DNA of 64,000 bases from Octopus vulgaris (lineage: Eukaryota). Positions 28,083-42,079 of the stretch are shown piece after piece (positions within the stretch are counted from its first letter, which is position 1; each line of letters starts with the position of its first letter). The stretch covers positions 78,306,001 through 78,370,000 of the forward strand of contig OX597817.1 in the NCBI GenBank assembly GCA_951406725.2, in the 5' to 3' direction. Below the pieces are notes generated by a model. The model made no database searches, was not told the DNA's origin, and saw nothing but the letters and a program-made list of their open reading frames with translations. Position numbers and translations under genes: made by a program.

Positions 28083-28488
28083 TATATGCAACTATGTACC
28101 ATGTTTGTATGTATGGATGGATGTGCATCTCTATGTGTGTAGATCTGTGTCTTCATATGTGTCCTTGAATGGAGTAAAGTGTGTGTGTGTATATGGTCAT
28201 GTGTGTCAGTCTCCATTTGCATATGTGTGCTTGTCTGTTCTTATAACCTATATACCTATCCATCTGTATGTTGATCTGTTTATTTTCACATGACCATATA
28301 CACACACACACATTTTATACACATGACCATATACACATGTGATGGTGATAGGAAGGTCATCTGGTCAGAGAAAATCTGCCTCAATAGATTATGTCCAACC
28401 CATGCAAGCATGAAAAATGCGGACATTAAAACAAAGCAACGACAAGGACAATGAATCCGACAATGGCAATGATGATATATAAATATAC

Positions 28489-28558
<70 letters not shown>

Positions 28559-28627
28559 GTGGGATATGCCACCGACACAGGTCGACGAGCTATATATATA
28601 TCATTTTGATTTTTATTTATTTGATGA

Positions 28628-28683
<56 letters not shown>

Positions 28684-29608
28684 TTATCCATATAGACACA
28701 TATTTATGCATGTCTGTGTGCATGTGTATATGCACATATGCACACATAAATAATTACTAAACAAAAGAGAACAAAAAAATAATTGAAAAAATATAAAATG
28801 AAAAAAAAAAAAAACAAGGAAAGAATTGACCGCTATAATGTACTAGTGAATTAATGCAAATTGCTAGAAAACTACCGGCAAAAAGAATTTATGATAAAAA
28901 GATAGCTCAAGATCTATATGTTCTTGTCAAACCTCCTGCTTATCATTTTTAATATTAATCGTCACAAAATTGTGAACATAATCACTACTAAAACAGCATG
29001 TCATTTGAGTGATCTTTTTGTAATTTTTACATTTTGTATGGTTATGGTTTCCCCTGTCTTTTCTCAACCCACCATCTATATTTTATTACCTCTTTTGTTT
29101 ATTATTTTCTTTTTGTGTTGTTGTTTTCTGTTGTCTTTTTTTTTTTTGCTTAGTTTCAGGCCTGTTTGATTTTATAGAATGTTAAATTATAAAGCAATTT
29201 GGAAGTAAACTTGATGGCATATGGTTAAATATAGGCTTGACTTACATTTTGTGTCCAGTGACTAATGCTGTATTTGTTGCTATGGTTGGCATAATGAATT
29301 GTTGTTACTAGTTGCTGCAAGATGACTAAGGGATAAATACGAATACTTAATAACATTATTGTTGCTACCTCTGCTGCTATTTATCATTTTACTTGTTTCA
29401 TTTATAGGACTGTGGCCATGATGGAGCATCGTCTTAAAGGGTTTAGTTGGACAACAAATAGACCCCAATACTTATTTTCATGTAAGACTGATACTTATTT
29501 TATTGGACCTCCTTTGCTAAACAGCTATGTTATGAAGATGTAAACAAACCAACACTTATTGTGAAGCTGTGGTGATGGGCAAACACATTGACAAACACAC
29601 ACATATGC

Positions 29609-29639
<31 letters not shown>

Positions 29640-29679
29640 AAGTACCAGATTTAAATAAAAATAAGTATGTTCAACTAAA

Positions 29680-29989
<310 letters not shown>

Positions 29990-30375
29990 GGCGCAGGAGT
30001 GGCTGTGTGGTAAGTAGCTTGCTAACCAACCACATGGTTCTGGGTTCAGTCCCACTGCGTGGCATCTTGGGCAAGTGTCTTCTGCTATAGCCCCGGGCTG
30101 ACCAATGCCTTATGAGTGGATTTGGTAGACGGAAACTGAAAGAAGCCTGTCGTATATATGTATATATATATATATATGTGTGTGTGTTTGTGTGTTTGTC
30201 CCCCTAGCATTGCTTGACAACCGATGCTGGTGTGTTTACGTCCCCGTCACTTAGCGGTTTGGCCTAAGAGACCGATAGAATAAGTACTGGGCTTACAAAG
30301 AATAAGTCCTGGGGTCGATTTGCTTGACTAAAGGCGGTGCTTCAGCATGGCCGCAGTCAAATGACTGAAACAAGT

Positions 30376-30380
<5 letters not shown>
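29990..30380 (+). mobile_element. tRNA-derived SINE family A, full-length reference copy
   Basis: GGCGCAGGAG-TGGCTGTGTGG (A box), GGGTTCAGTCCC (B box), core cttgggcaagtgtcttc, internal (TA)/(TG) tract, A-rich tail; about a dozen copies in the window. Confidence 0.9.
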
Positions 30381-30406
<26 letters not shown>

Positions 30407-30568
30407 TATATGTATATATGTTTGTATATATATATCTTGTATAAAGATCGTGGGTAAGGCCAAAACAATGCAAAGAAAATGCAAGGTAAATCACAAGAAA
30501 ACAAATATGTGAATTGGTGTTATCAAATTAATATTGATGTTATCAAATTTCACCCTCATTTTAATTTC

Positions 30569-30606
<38 letters not shown>

Positions 30607-31607
30607 CAAAATGGTTTCAAGGGAAGTATAATTCTAGCAGCTATTGTGTTCACTCTTATCACCGGCAGCAGAAACATGCGTAGGTCTTAACAAAGAATGG
30701 TGTGATTAACTGTATTAAGTAAATTGGATATGCAAATCTCCATTCTCCTGATCTTTATTAATTTCCTTATATGTATATATATATACACGCACACACACAC
30801 TCACGCGCGTGCACACACACACATAAAACCAGTCACCACATCAAAGTGGCTTTACTGTTCATGAAGAGATCAGAGCTTTACTACTCTGATCTCTTCATGA
30901 GACTTTACAACTAGCTATTTTGCTTATATATATATGCATATACGTATATGTGTGTGTGTGTGTGTGTACAATATATATTATATATTATCAAGACAAAATA
31001 ATGAAGAATTGAGAGTGATACATCATTAAGATTTATTTAGTAAGTATTTTCTTCATATATTTTGATATAGATTTCTGCCAAATAAGTGTCCCAGGCTCCT
31101 TTTATTTAATAGCTGTGTGCATTTAATCAATTTATTTTAAGCCAATTGTAGTACACATTCTAATCTAAATGTTGATGATCTTATGCGACTTTATTCAAGG
31201 TGTTTCTCATATGGCTGGGTGAAGCTTACTCTGTTAAATGATTAAATGCATAAAACTATTATATCAAAGGTTCCAAAGATGCTTATTCAGCAGATGCACA
31301 TTTTTGCCACTAGATTTTTGTTACAGTTTTGCCACTGGATTAAAGATAGTCATGGACAAGAGAATGAGGTAGATTGTGCACAATTCTTCTTCACTTTAAA
31401 CAAAGTCACCGCACAAGTCATTAGTCTTCCTTAAGAATAACTAAATGGTTCTCATTGTGCTGACAGATAAACATGTGGCTCTGAGCTATGGAACTGGAGT
31501 GTGGTGGTTCGAAACTCAGTATTAACCTTGCTACACCATGTTAAAACTTAACGTTTCGAAACTAGATCACAAATGCTGATGGCAGATCACCCTCGTTTTC
31601 ATTTACA

Positions 31608-31805
31608 TGATGATGATGATGACGACGACGATAACGACGATGATGATGATGAAGAGGAGGCGGAGGTGGATGAGGATGGGGAGGAGAATGGAGAAGAGGG
31701 TGGAGAGGAGGATGGGAGGAGGATGGGAGGAGGAAGCGGAGGAGGAGGAGGGAATGAAGTGGGGATGAGGGGAGATGAGGAGGGAGAAGAAGAGTAGGAA
31801 GAGGG
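31608..31805 (+). repeat. (GAT)n plus purine-rich (GGA)n tract
   Basis: Read directly. Confidence 0.85.
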
Positions 31806-32356
31806 AGATCATCGTTGTCATCATTATCATCTCATCATCACCACTTTTTTAACATCCACTTTTTATGCATTCATGGGTCAGGCAGAGTTTGCTGAGAAAG
31901 ATTCTTGTGCAGCCAGATGCCCTTCATGCCACCAGCCCTTCACCTCCATCTACCAAATCCACACACACAAGGCTTCTTTGATTCTTTGGTCAGCCTAGAA
32001 CTTAGAGTAGATGATTCCACTTGACCAAGGTGCTATGCAGTGGGACTGAACCACAAAATCATATGGATACGAACCAAATTTAAACCACAGCTAAATTTTT
32101 TTTAATTAAGAAGAGAAGCCTGACTATTCTTCCACTAATATTTAATAACAGCTTCCCTCCCTCTCTCTCTCTTCTAAACATGGAACTGTTCTAGTCATGG
32201 ATTTTGCTTCCATAATGAATTTATTTTACAAAGGATAATTTGTGCTTAGTAACACCACAAATCTGTCATTTTATTAGTACCTGGTCTTAAGTGTATATAT
32301 ATATACACACACACATATATAATAATATGTATGTGGTTTGTCTCTAAATTAGTTAT

Positions 32357-32398
<42 letters not shown>

Positions 32399-32644
32399 TT
32401 CTATCTTTTACTAAGTGCTTTATTTAATTAAAATGCCAACTAGTTTTTCTATTCAGTGGGAAAAAAAATAATATAACAATATACACAGATCTACAACCAT
32501 ATGGCTATTGGCCAATGTTGCTGACATTAGATGGTAAGACTTTGATCCTGCTGTCTTTTGAAGCTCTTCTGACTGAGCAAATACCATACTGATCGTTTGC
32601 AGGGCCATTATCGGAATACAGAAACTGGATGTCATACAACAGAG

Positions 32645-32856
32645 TAATAATAACAACAATAATAAAGATGATGATGATCATGATGATGACGACAGCAATG
32701 ATGATGATGACAATGATAATAATAACAATAATGATGATGATGATAAAAATAGTAATGATGATGTGGATAATAATGATGACGATGACGATGTCAACAACGA
32801 TGACAACGACGATGACGACGACAATGATGACGACGATGACAATGATGATGATGATA

Positions 32857-32903
<47 letters not shown>

Positions 32904-32905
32904 AG
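32645..32905 (+). repeat. (GAT/GAC/AAT)n microsatellite
   Basis: Read directly. Confidence 0.9.
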
Positions 32906-33261
32906 TGTTTTAATGGTAGATCCCATAAAATCTTAGTATCTGCTAGCAAAACATTTATTGCTAATCTGGCAGAGTGAACATGGCAGATGTTCTGTTGTGC
33001 AGTAGGAAGTATAAGCATCAAAAATGCAATTTATATGAAGTTCAGTCACTGTGGGAGTATCTGATTTTTTTTTCATTTAAGTGCTGATAATGGCCTTCAT
33101 ATATATGTATGCATAGATACACTTACAAATATACTGATACATATGTACATACGTACATACATACATACATACATACATACATACATACATACATACATAC
33201 ATACATACATACACACACACATACATACATACATGCATATATATACATATTCTTTTATTCT

Positions 33262-33653
33262 TTTACTCTTTTACTTGTTTCAGTCATTTGACTGCAGCCA
33301 TGCTGGAGCATCACCTTTAGTCGAGCAAATTGACCCCAGGACTTATTCTTTGTAAGCCTAGTACTTATTCTATTGGTCTCTTCTGCTGAACCGCTAAGTT
33401 ATGGGGACACAAACACACCAACATCGGTTGTCAAGCAATGTTGGGGAACAAACACACACACATACATTTATATATACATATACATATATACGACAGGCTT
33501 CTTTCAGTTTCCATCTACCAAATCCACTCACAAGCCTTTGATCGGCCCGAGGCTATAGTAGAAGACACTTGCCCAAGGTGTCATGCAGTGGGACTGAACC
33601 TGGAACCATGTGGTTGGTAAGCAAGCTACTTACCACAACAGTCACTCCTGTGC
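33262..33653 (-). mobile_element. SINE family A
   Basis: Matches 29990-30380. Confidence 0.85.
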
Positions 33654-33804
33654 ATACACATTGCCAATGCACATATATACATACATGTATACACATTGCC
33701 AATGCACAAAACTCTTTAAAAAATATATCATCATTATCATCATCATCATCATAACATGTCATCAACAGTGTTTCAAGGTGCAATAGACATCATTTATTAG
33801 AGCC

Positions 33805-35024
33805 ATTTAGAGCTAAAAAAAGAGTCAAGACACTGCTGATGTCACATCTTTAGACAAGACACTCAACTCTAATCTAACTTGACTCTAAATGGCTCTAACA
33901 AATGCTGTCCAATGCATCTTGAGATGCTGATGATTTGTGCTTAGACAAGAAGCTCAGCCCTACTTTATTTTGGTCATTGCAGAACTATGGCAAATTTTTT
34001 TCTTTCAATTTCCCTCCATGCAACGTATACCTGACATCTTAATTCTCTTATAGCTAATTGGTATTATTCCTTGTAGCACCCCATCTTTTAGTCCTTGTCA
34101 TCATGTCTGTCGGTTTTTACATCCTAGTCTTCAGTGTAAATTCTACCACCGTAACACTTTTCAGATGACTTTGCATTGACCACAAATCGCATTGGTGGCC
34201 TACAAGAAGTTGTCTTGTAGAAATTCCTGATGTCTTCTTTATCATAAGTTCTTAAGTACTCACTCTACACTGTAAAGTGGTTGGCATTTGGAAGGGCATC
34301 TAGTTGTAAAAACCATGCCAAAACTAACCTCACCTGCGCTTGTACCACATAAAAAGCACTCTGTCCATTCTACTGGGTGGTTGGGGTTAGGAATGGCATC
34401 CAGTTTAAAAAAACCATACCAGAATAGACACAGGTGTCTGGTGCAGGCTTCTGCTTGGCCAGCTCCTGTCAAACCGACCAACCCATGCCAGCATGGAAGG
34501 AGGATATTAAACGATGATGACGTTGATGATGATTTCCTGTCACCTTTCTCCATACACATCATTGTAAACCCCTCTTAGTCTATGTTTTGTAGAAGTATCA
34601 TTTCCTTTCCATGCCTTCTATAGTTTGTTATCTGCATTTAGCAAACAGTCTATGGGGAATGTCAAATTATTTTCCAAGGGAAGACTTGGCATTCACAGCA
34701 ATCTATCCTGAGTGGAATTTTGCTTTAAGCATCCCTTATAACTTTTTGGGAATTTTCAGAAAAGTTTTATGAATTTGTGTTCTGTACATCATAATTCATA
34801 CAATTATTCAGAAACAAATTTTTTTGTGTGTGATTTAGAGCTAAAAAAGAGTCAAGACACTGCTAACGACATATCTTTAGACAAGACACTCAACTCTAAT
34901 TTAACTTGACTCTAAATAGATCTAATGAATGCTGTCCAATGCATCTTGAGATTCTGACGATTTGTTCTTAGACAAGAAACTCAGCCCTACTTTATTTTGG
35001 TCATTGCAGAACTATGGCAAATTT
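33805..35024 (+). repeat. ~190 bp direct repeat pair (33805-33997 and 34833-35024)
   Basis: Both copies run atttagagctaaaaaa...gagtcaagacactgct...ctcagccctactttattttggtcattgcagaactatggcaaattt, with scattered substitutions. Confidence 0.9.
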
Positions 35025-36305
35025 AGCTGCTGTTCTTAGCACATCTCATGACCACCTGATACCTTTCTTGTTTCTTTGTCACTCTGACATGTGTTGATGT
35101 TTTCAACATTTTTCTCCCTATTAACACAATTAATGGAATGATGATGCCCCTAAGGGTGGTCTATTGTTGGATTTAAGCAAAAAGTTCAGACAGTTCATAT
35201 TTTAAACTCTGATACAAAAAATTCAAAAAACGAGGGGAACTTGTAAGAATTATGGGGCAGTGGAATATTCAAAATTAAAAAACAATTTTTTCATAATCAT
35301 ATAAATTCCTGTGTGTAGAACACAAAGTCACAAAACTTGGCTGATAATTCCCAAAACAAAAAATTTATGGGGGGGTTACATGGGATACTTAAACCAGAAT
35401 TTTGCCCTCTTTGCTCTAGTTTGTTTTCTGGTAAGTATTATTAATGAAGTATTATTTCCTCTGTGTTTGTTTACTCAAATGTGTGCAGTAAAGTTAGTAA
35501 CTATATACATGTAGCATCATTGCATCATTGCAGCATTTAGCAAGAGTAGATTTAGCTACATGGTTCATATCACTGGCATATGGTTTAGCTTTCAGGTAAT
35601 CCACCAAAAGCTCAATGACAAGCCAAGGATTTTCTCTCTTAATAAACTTGTTTGTGCTATCTGTTTATGTGAATGCATATGTATATTAGCAAAGCATGTC
35701 TGTGATCGTACAGAGATGTGTGCAAGTGGGTAAATATGTATTTGTGATTATGTATTTATCTTAGTATATCTATATGAATGTGAATGTAAATATACACACA
35801 CATACACACACATATATATATTTCACATTTGTATTTGTATTATTATTACCAGCATAATACCCATCCCATGGTTCACTAGAATATATATATATATACACAT
35901 ACATGCATGCACACACACACACACACACATATAATACTCAAACAGCAAAAATCAGAAAAAGACAAAATAAATTCAGATATTAGAAAGTCTCACTGTATAT
36001 TACATAAAAATGTAAACACATTATTTCTATGCTTTTGATGCATAAAAGAAAGAGGCAGAAGTCTCCTGAAGGACCACTTCAAAATTCGTTGACCACTCCT
36101 CAGGGAAAATATGTCCATCTTCCTTTCCTAGTGAATAATATAGGCCAGCTGTTATGAATAGTAGTCTTCAAGTAGACTAGTACATAAATAGCCTGTCTAA
36201 TTTGCTCATTCACTTGTGCTTTTAGTGATTTGTCTATGATATATTAGTTTGTGCATGCATACATTTGTGTGTATGTGTGTATATCTGTGTGATTGTTTGC
36301 AACAT

Positions 36306-36972
36306 GTCATCATCATCATTGTTCGACCGTGGTTGAGACAATGGAATTTACCATGCTACGCCAGACTTCATGGTCCATCATGGCATTACAGAGGTCCTGT
36401 TGCTGGATGCCTGTATCCCTGGAGATTATATCAGGGTAGGAGAGTGTGCACCCTCTGGTATTGTGAGTAGATGGCTTCCAGAGGAGAAGAGTAGAAATTA
36501 CCTCTCTCTCAGCTCTACAACAATGTCCAGCAAACTGGACACTCTTAGCTTTCACAAGAGATGACACAGGTGGTAGTTTCCCATATATTTGCATTTGGGT
36601 TGGATGGCGCTTCCACGAGAGATTTTGAGCTCTCATAAGGAGGCGAGTGTAGGTTCCATCCAACCTCTCTCAAGCTTCTTTGATAACATCCAGGTTTCTG
36701 AGTAGAATTGGTTCGACTGTGGCTTTGAAGATTTCAAGTTTGAAGTCTCTACTTAGATTTGATGACCAGATCTTATGCATGTCATTACAGGCTGACCAGG
36801 CCATACCCTTTCTAGTTAGAAAGTCTTCTCCAGATGATGATATGTATGACCCAAGATATTTGTAATCAGAAACCATATTTAAGGGCGCATTGTTGAGAGT
36901 ATGGATGATGCAATCACTGTTGGACAGGCACTTGTTTATGTATTCAGTCTTGGCCTCATTGAGGTAAAGACC
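36306..36972 (-). mobile_element. 5'-truncated RTE-X-like LINE 3' end
   Basis: ORFs 36670-36993 and 36316-36663 have GLYLNEAKTEY, YKYLGSYISS, FKATVEPILL, DGTYTRLLMRAQNLSWKRH and FAGHCCR...LLLWKP; short (TGA)n tail. Confidence 0.88.
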
Positions 36973-37269
36973 TTTTACAATCTCTTGCAACATGTGCCCT
37001 GCATAAAAGGAAAGGAAAAAGAAAATTCGCTTAGTTTACAAATGCTTGTAATCATTCTCTATCAGCAGGTTGTTTTCTATAGCTAAACATTCAAGTATGT
37101 GCAGAATAAAATATAACCCTTACTTGGAAAACTGTTAGCTAGTTATTGGAAGGGTATCTGTCCATAAATCAATGCCTTTGTATTGATTCTGTCTAACCTA
37201 TGTAGGTAAGGAAAAAAGACATCAAGCAAACGAATAAAAATATTTTTGACATTCCAGTGACCATTATTA

Positions 37270-37700
37270 CTGTCCCTGGTTGAGCTGCTGCTTTCATATT
37301 TTAATATTAATTTCAGCCATGTAACTCTCAATAACTGCTCCTTGTTTTGAGTCCAACTGGGTTATTTCCATTTCTCTTGTATGTTCTTTGCATTCAGAAT
37401 TTCCTCATGTAAGCATTCCAAATTTCATTTTTCTCAGCATCATTGAGTGCTAAGTGTACTGTAGTAATTTTGAAAACATTTTTCAACAAGTGGTATATCA
37501 ACTGACTCTAACAAACAGTTTTGAAGTTTGTAGCACCTCTTGCTCTGAGTTTTCCTCAATGATATATACACCAGACATCTAGCTTCTCTTCTAGCTAATT
37601 GACATTGTTTCTTGCAGGCCCCTTGTGCATGGTCTTTCCCATTCTGTCTCTTAGTTTTTACAGCTTGGTCTACTCTATAATTCTGCCATCATGACATGTT
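37270..37700 (-). mobile_element. Old decayed RTE LINE fragment (linker upstream of RT)
   Basis: Minus strand reads WQNYRVDQAVKTKRQ...CQLARREARCLVY and LALNDAEKNEIW, resembling the RTE WW..V..A...K linker. Confidence 0.5.
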
Positions 37701-37834
37701 TCACATGATTATTATGGGGTAGGCCAAAAACCACACTCTTGCATTGTCAAAGACAAGCTTCAATTTCTCTGAAATTGAATAGAATAAATGAAATAATGAT
37801 TAATACACACATACTTGTTCTTGATGAACAAAAT

Positions 37835-37970
37835 GAATAATGATAATAATAATAATAATTATAATAATAATAATAATAATGGTGGTAGTAGTAATAGTAG
37901 TAACAATAATAATAATAAGAAAAATGATAATAATAATAATGATAATAATAACAACAATAATAATAATAAT

Positions 37971-38035
<65 letters not shown>

Positions 38036-38078
38036 TAATAACAACAATAATAATAATAATTAGAATAATAATAATAAT
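37835..38078 (+). repeat. (AAT)n microsatellite
   Basis: Read directly. Confidence 0.95.
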
Positions 38079-38149
38079 GGATGCCCAGTACTTAGGCAGT
38101 TGAAATAAGGGTATATTGAAAAGAAACGATAATAATAATAATTATAATC

Positions 38150-39029
38150 CTTTCTACTATAAACACAAGGCCTGAAATTTTGGGCAAAGTGCGTAAGTCA
38201 ATCACATCAATCCCAGTACTTGACTGGTACTTCAGTGACTCCAAAAGGATGAAAGGCAAAGTCGACCTCAGCAGAATTTGAACTCAGATCAGGAAGACAG
38301 ACGAAATGCAGGTAAGCATTTTGCCTGGCATGCTAACAATTCTGCAAGCTCGCTGCCTTAATAATAATAATAATGATCATGATCATGACGTTGACGATGG
38401 TCATGACGATGATGATGATGATGGTAGATGTGATACCAATAGTAACTGGCACACTTGGAAGTATCAGCACTCAACTCCAAACATGGCTCAAAAAGATTGC
38501 CATGGGAACATCTACAAAAATCAGTATTACTTGGAACTGCAACAATTTTCTTCACAGGGTTCTTGAAACGTGACCAGTAAACAAGTGTCACCTTAGTCTG
38601 CTGGCTGTGGACAGCTGACACTTTCCTTCATACCCCAAAAAATAAGCTGAGAATTTTCATCAAATAATAATAATAACAATAATAATGAGGATGATAATAA
38701 AAATAATAATGATAATAGTAATAATATTTTCTATGATAGGCACAAGGCATAAAAATTTGGGGAGGGAGATAGTCGATTACATCGACCCCAGTGCATGACT
38801 GGTATTTATTTAATTCACCGCAAAAGGATGAAAGGCAAAATCACTCTCAGCAGAATTTGAACTCAGAATGTGAAGTTGGACAAAGTACCGCTAAGCATTT
38901 GCCCAATGTACTAACAATTCTGTCAGCTCACTGTTTTTATAATGATAATAATAATAATAATAATGATTAATTGATTCTAGTTTCAGCTCATGAACTGTGG
39001 CCATGCTGGGGCACCGCCATTTAATGATG

Positions 39030-39101
<72 letters not shown>

Positions 39102-39319
39102 TCTAGTCTAGGCACAAAACCTTGAAAATTTTGTAGGAAGTGGGATAGTCGATTACATCAACTCCAGTGAATAACTAGTACTTATTTCATTGACCCCACC
39201 CCAAAAGGATGCAGGGCAAAGTCGACCTTGCCAGAATTTGAACTCAGAACAAAGCAACAGACGAAATAGCGCTAAGCATTTCGTCCAGCATGCTAATGAG
39301 TTTGCCAGCACACCACCTA

Positions 39320-39320
<1 letters not shown>
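38150..39320 (-). mobile_element. Cluster of SINE family B-type copies (about 38150-38358, 38725-38935, 39100-39320) interleaved with (AAT)n
   Basis: Shared motifs aaaggatgaaaggcaaagtcgacc and gaatttgaactcag. Confidence 0.75.
38424..38662 (+). mobile_element. R4/Dong-like LINE 3' end, same family as 2820-3045
   Basis: VDVIPIVTGTLGSISTQLQTWLKK followed by the shared UTR gaccagtaaacaagtgtcaccttag.ctgctggctgtggacagctgacactttcc. Confidence 0.8.
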
Positions 39321-39365
<45 letters not shown>

Positions 39366-39479
39366 TAAATAAAATGTGAAATGTTTTGGTGCAAGACTTT
39401 TTGAGCTACCCTGTATATATATATATATATATATCTGAGATTTAATAATGCCTATATATATATATGTATATATATATTT

Positions 39480-39680
39480 TGTCCTAGTCAGACGCCATGA
39501 TAGATCGTTAGCTACTACACATAATTCTTTCTCTCCTTGCTTTTTCTGTGTTTCTTTCTGTAGAAGAGCATAGGCTTGAAACGTAAAAGACTTTTTCTAT
39601 TTGTGAGTGCTATACTAATACATCTGTTTGTTTGTACACCACCAGCCTTCGTCTTTTGTTTATTTTCGTAAACTTAATAA
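39480..39680 (+). mobile_element. Penelope-like remnant with a variant hammerhead-like motif
   Basis: tcttt-ctgtaga-a-gagc-atag-gctt-gaaa-cgta-aaaga at 39553-39590, in a (TA)n context. Confidence 0.5.
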
Positions 39681-39802
39681 AATTAGGGAGTAAATCCAAA
39701 CTTACAGGGAAAAATTAGATTTAGGATTAAATCTAATTTTATAGTATTGGCTTATGATTTTCACTGTTTGATTTGCCTAATAGTGGTTTTATCTCTAATT
39801 TA

Positions 39803-39880
<78 letters not shown>

Positions 39881-40310
39881 TATGTTAGCATGGAAAACGG
39901 ACGTTAAACAATGATGATGATGATGATGACATACACATACACATATATATGTGTGTGCGTGTGTGTATGTTTGTGTATATGCATGTCATATTCGAGGCTT
40001 CGATGAAACTATTAGATGTTACTCAGGCACTCAACTATGAGTCCACTGCATTCTATAGCTGAAACAGCTGCAAGCTAATAAAGTTCATAAGATCGTCACT
40101 TATTCCTTTGTCATCATTCTTTCTTATTACCATCATATACTCAACTAACACTTTGTTATGAAATGTATGTATAATGAGTTCTACACCAGCTATTAGTCTT
40201 GCAATGCCTAGCTGAAATATATATATATATATACAATATATGTAATATATTGATAAAAATGGTAAGACAACAAAAGAAAGAAAGAGAACGCGATATTATG
40301 GAATATATCA

Positions 40311-40760
40311 GTAAATGTAATATGTGATAATTATTCGGTAGCCATGATAAAAGTCCAATTTTCTGATGCCAAGGTGGAAATCCACAGTGCCATCTCTTCA
40401 GTTATCCAGTCATTGGGAAAATGTTATGGAAAATTAGCGTTATACAAAGGGAAATTACTGTGTGATTGACCGTTATTAAGACGCACATGTGTAAGTATGA
40501 ACAGGCACGCTTTTGCAAATACTATGAACTTTTTACCCCCTTATTTTTACTCCTCCCCTTACTTAGCGGTCATTTGAATAGCTCTTTTGTTTTAATAATG
40601 GTCAATCCCACAGTAATTTCCTTTTGTATAACGGTCATTTTTCATAGCATTTTTCTGATGGCCAGATAACTGAAGAGATGGTGGCGTCGATTTCTACCTC
40701 GGCATCCAAAACTCAGAGTTTTATCATGGCTACTGAATAATTGTCACATATTACGTTTAC
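40311..40760. mobile_element. Fold-back element with ~170 bp inverted arms, each carrying a hammerhead-like motif (inverted Penelope pLTR-like)
   Basis: Arms at 40311-40482 and 40589-40760; motif gataa-ctgaaga-gatg...catc...ttatc at 40665-40725 (+) and 40346-40406 (-). Confidence 0.65.
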
Positions 40761-40769
40761 AAGTATATG

Positions 40770-40808
<39 letters not shown>

Positions 40809-40811
40809 CAG

Positions 40812-40856
<45 letters not shown>

Positions 40857-40862
40857 TATATG

Positions 40863-40896
<34 letters not shown>

Positions 40897-40902
40897 TATA
40901 TG

Positions 40903-40940
<38 letters not shown>

Positions 40941-41533
40941 GTATGTAGTATATATAATGCATAAATAAAATATATAGACAACTATAATTGTGTGAGCATG
41001 TAACACGTGTGCTTGTATGTTTGTCTAAGTTTTACTTCTGCTGTTTTCCTCATTACCAGAAACCCCTACCAGGAAATCCCACCTCCAAACCTCCCATATC
41101 AACAATATAATACTGTGATAAATCTTCTGTTGCCTCTTCACACATCCACTTCGGTAAAGGTGACTAAAAATAGTAATGATATCCTTCTCTAAATGCTTCC
41201 AAAACATTAAAACCTTGAAGCACAACCAAAAAGTAAGTAAAGATCTTTTACAGTACATAACATTTTTTCACTGTTTCCCTTAAATCATTTTGAGATATAG
41301 ATGCCCAAGGTAGCACACAGTTAAACCCAACTGCAAAACTCTTTGGTTCAGTCCCACTGTGTGGTACCTTGGGCAAGTATTTTCTTCTATAGCGCCAAAC
41401 TTGCTACAATCTTGTGAGTGGGTTTGGTAGATGAAAATGGGAAGAAAACTTTATGTATATATATATATATTTATATATATATATATACACACATATGTAT
41501 ATGTATATATGTGTATACACACACACACACACG

Positions 41534-41567
<34 letters not shown>

Positions 41568-41627
41568 GAGAGTGAGAGAGAGAGATGTAGATAGATATAC
41601 ACATACATAATGCATACACACACACAC

Positions 41628-41669
<42 letters not shown>

Positions 41670-42079
41670 AAAATATATATGTATACATATATATATGAAT
41701 ATACATACATACTTACGTATGAATGTAAGTATGTTTGTATGCATACACACACACACACACATGTGCATATATACATACATACATACATATGATTTTGCTT
41801 AGACAGCAATAGTAACCAGTTGTTAAAACTGAATATGCTCATGCTTCAGAACAAAATGTCAGGTGAGTCCTGATTACAATAACAATCAATGAATGACAAA
41901 AGGACAGAAGTTATGTAATCACATTCATTAGCTTACTGTTGTTTTTGCTACAAGAAGCATTGTACTCAGACCTCAGTTCTTGTGCAACATATCATAGCTT
42001 CCTTGGAGCCATTTAAATGGAGTGTAAGTATATTTCCTAAATCTGCTACTAAGAAAGCCTGTAATAGTTAAGGTTCCAT

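Noticed and set aside
29990-30062. tRNA gene
   Set aside because: The A/B boxes belong to SINE heads that continue into SINE bodies; no complete cloverleaf.
31573-31797. Acidic D/E/G-rich ORF
   Set aside because: Made of (GAT)n and (GGA)n low-complexity sequence, with no splice or homology support.
31327-32533. Small exon candidates 31327-31368 and 32489-32533
   Set aside because: Each has only one convincing splice site, which is expected by chance.
40040-40080. gaaacagctgca as another Penelope-type hammerhead 3' half
   Set aside because: No recognisable CUGANGA box or paired stems upstream; too decayed to call.
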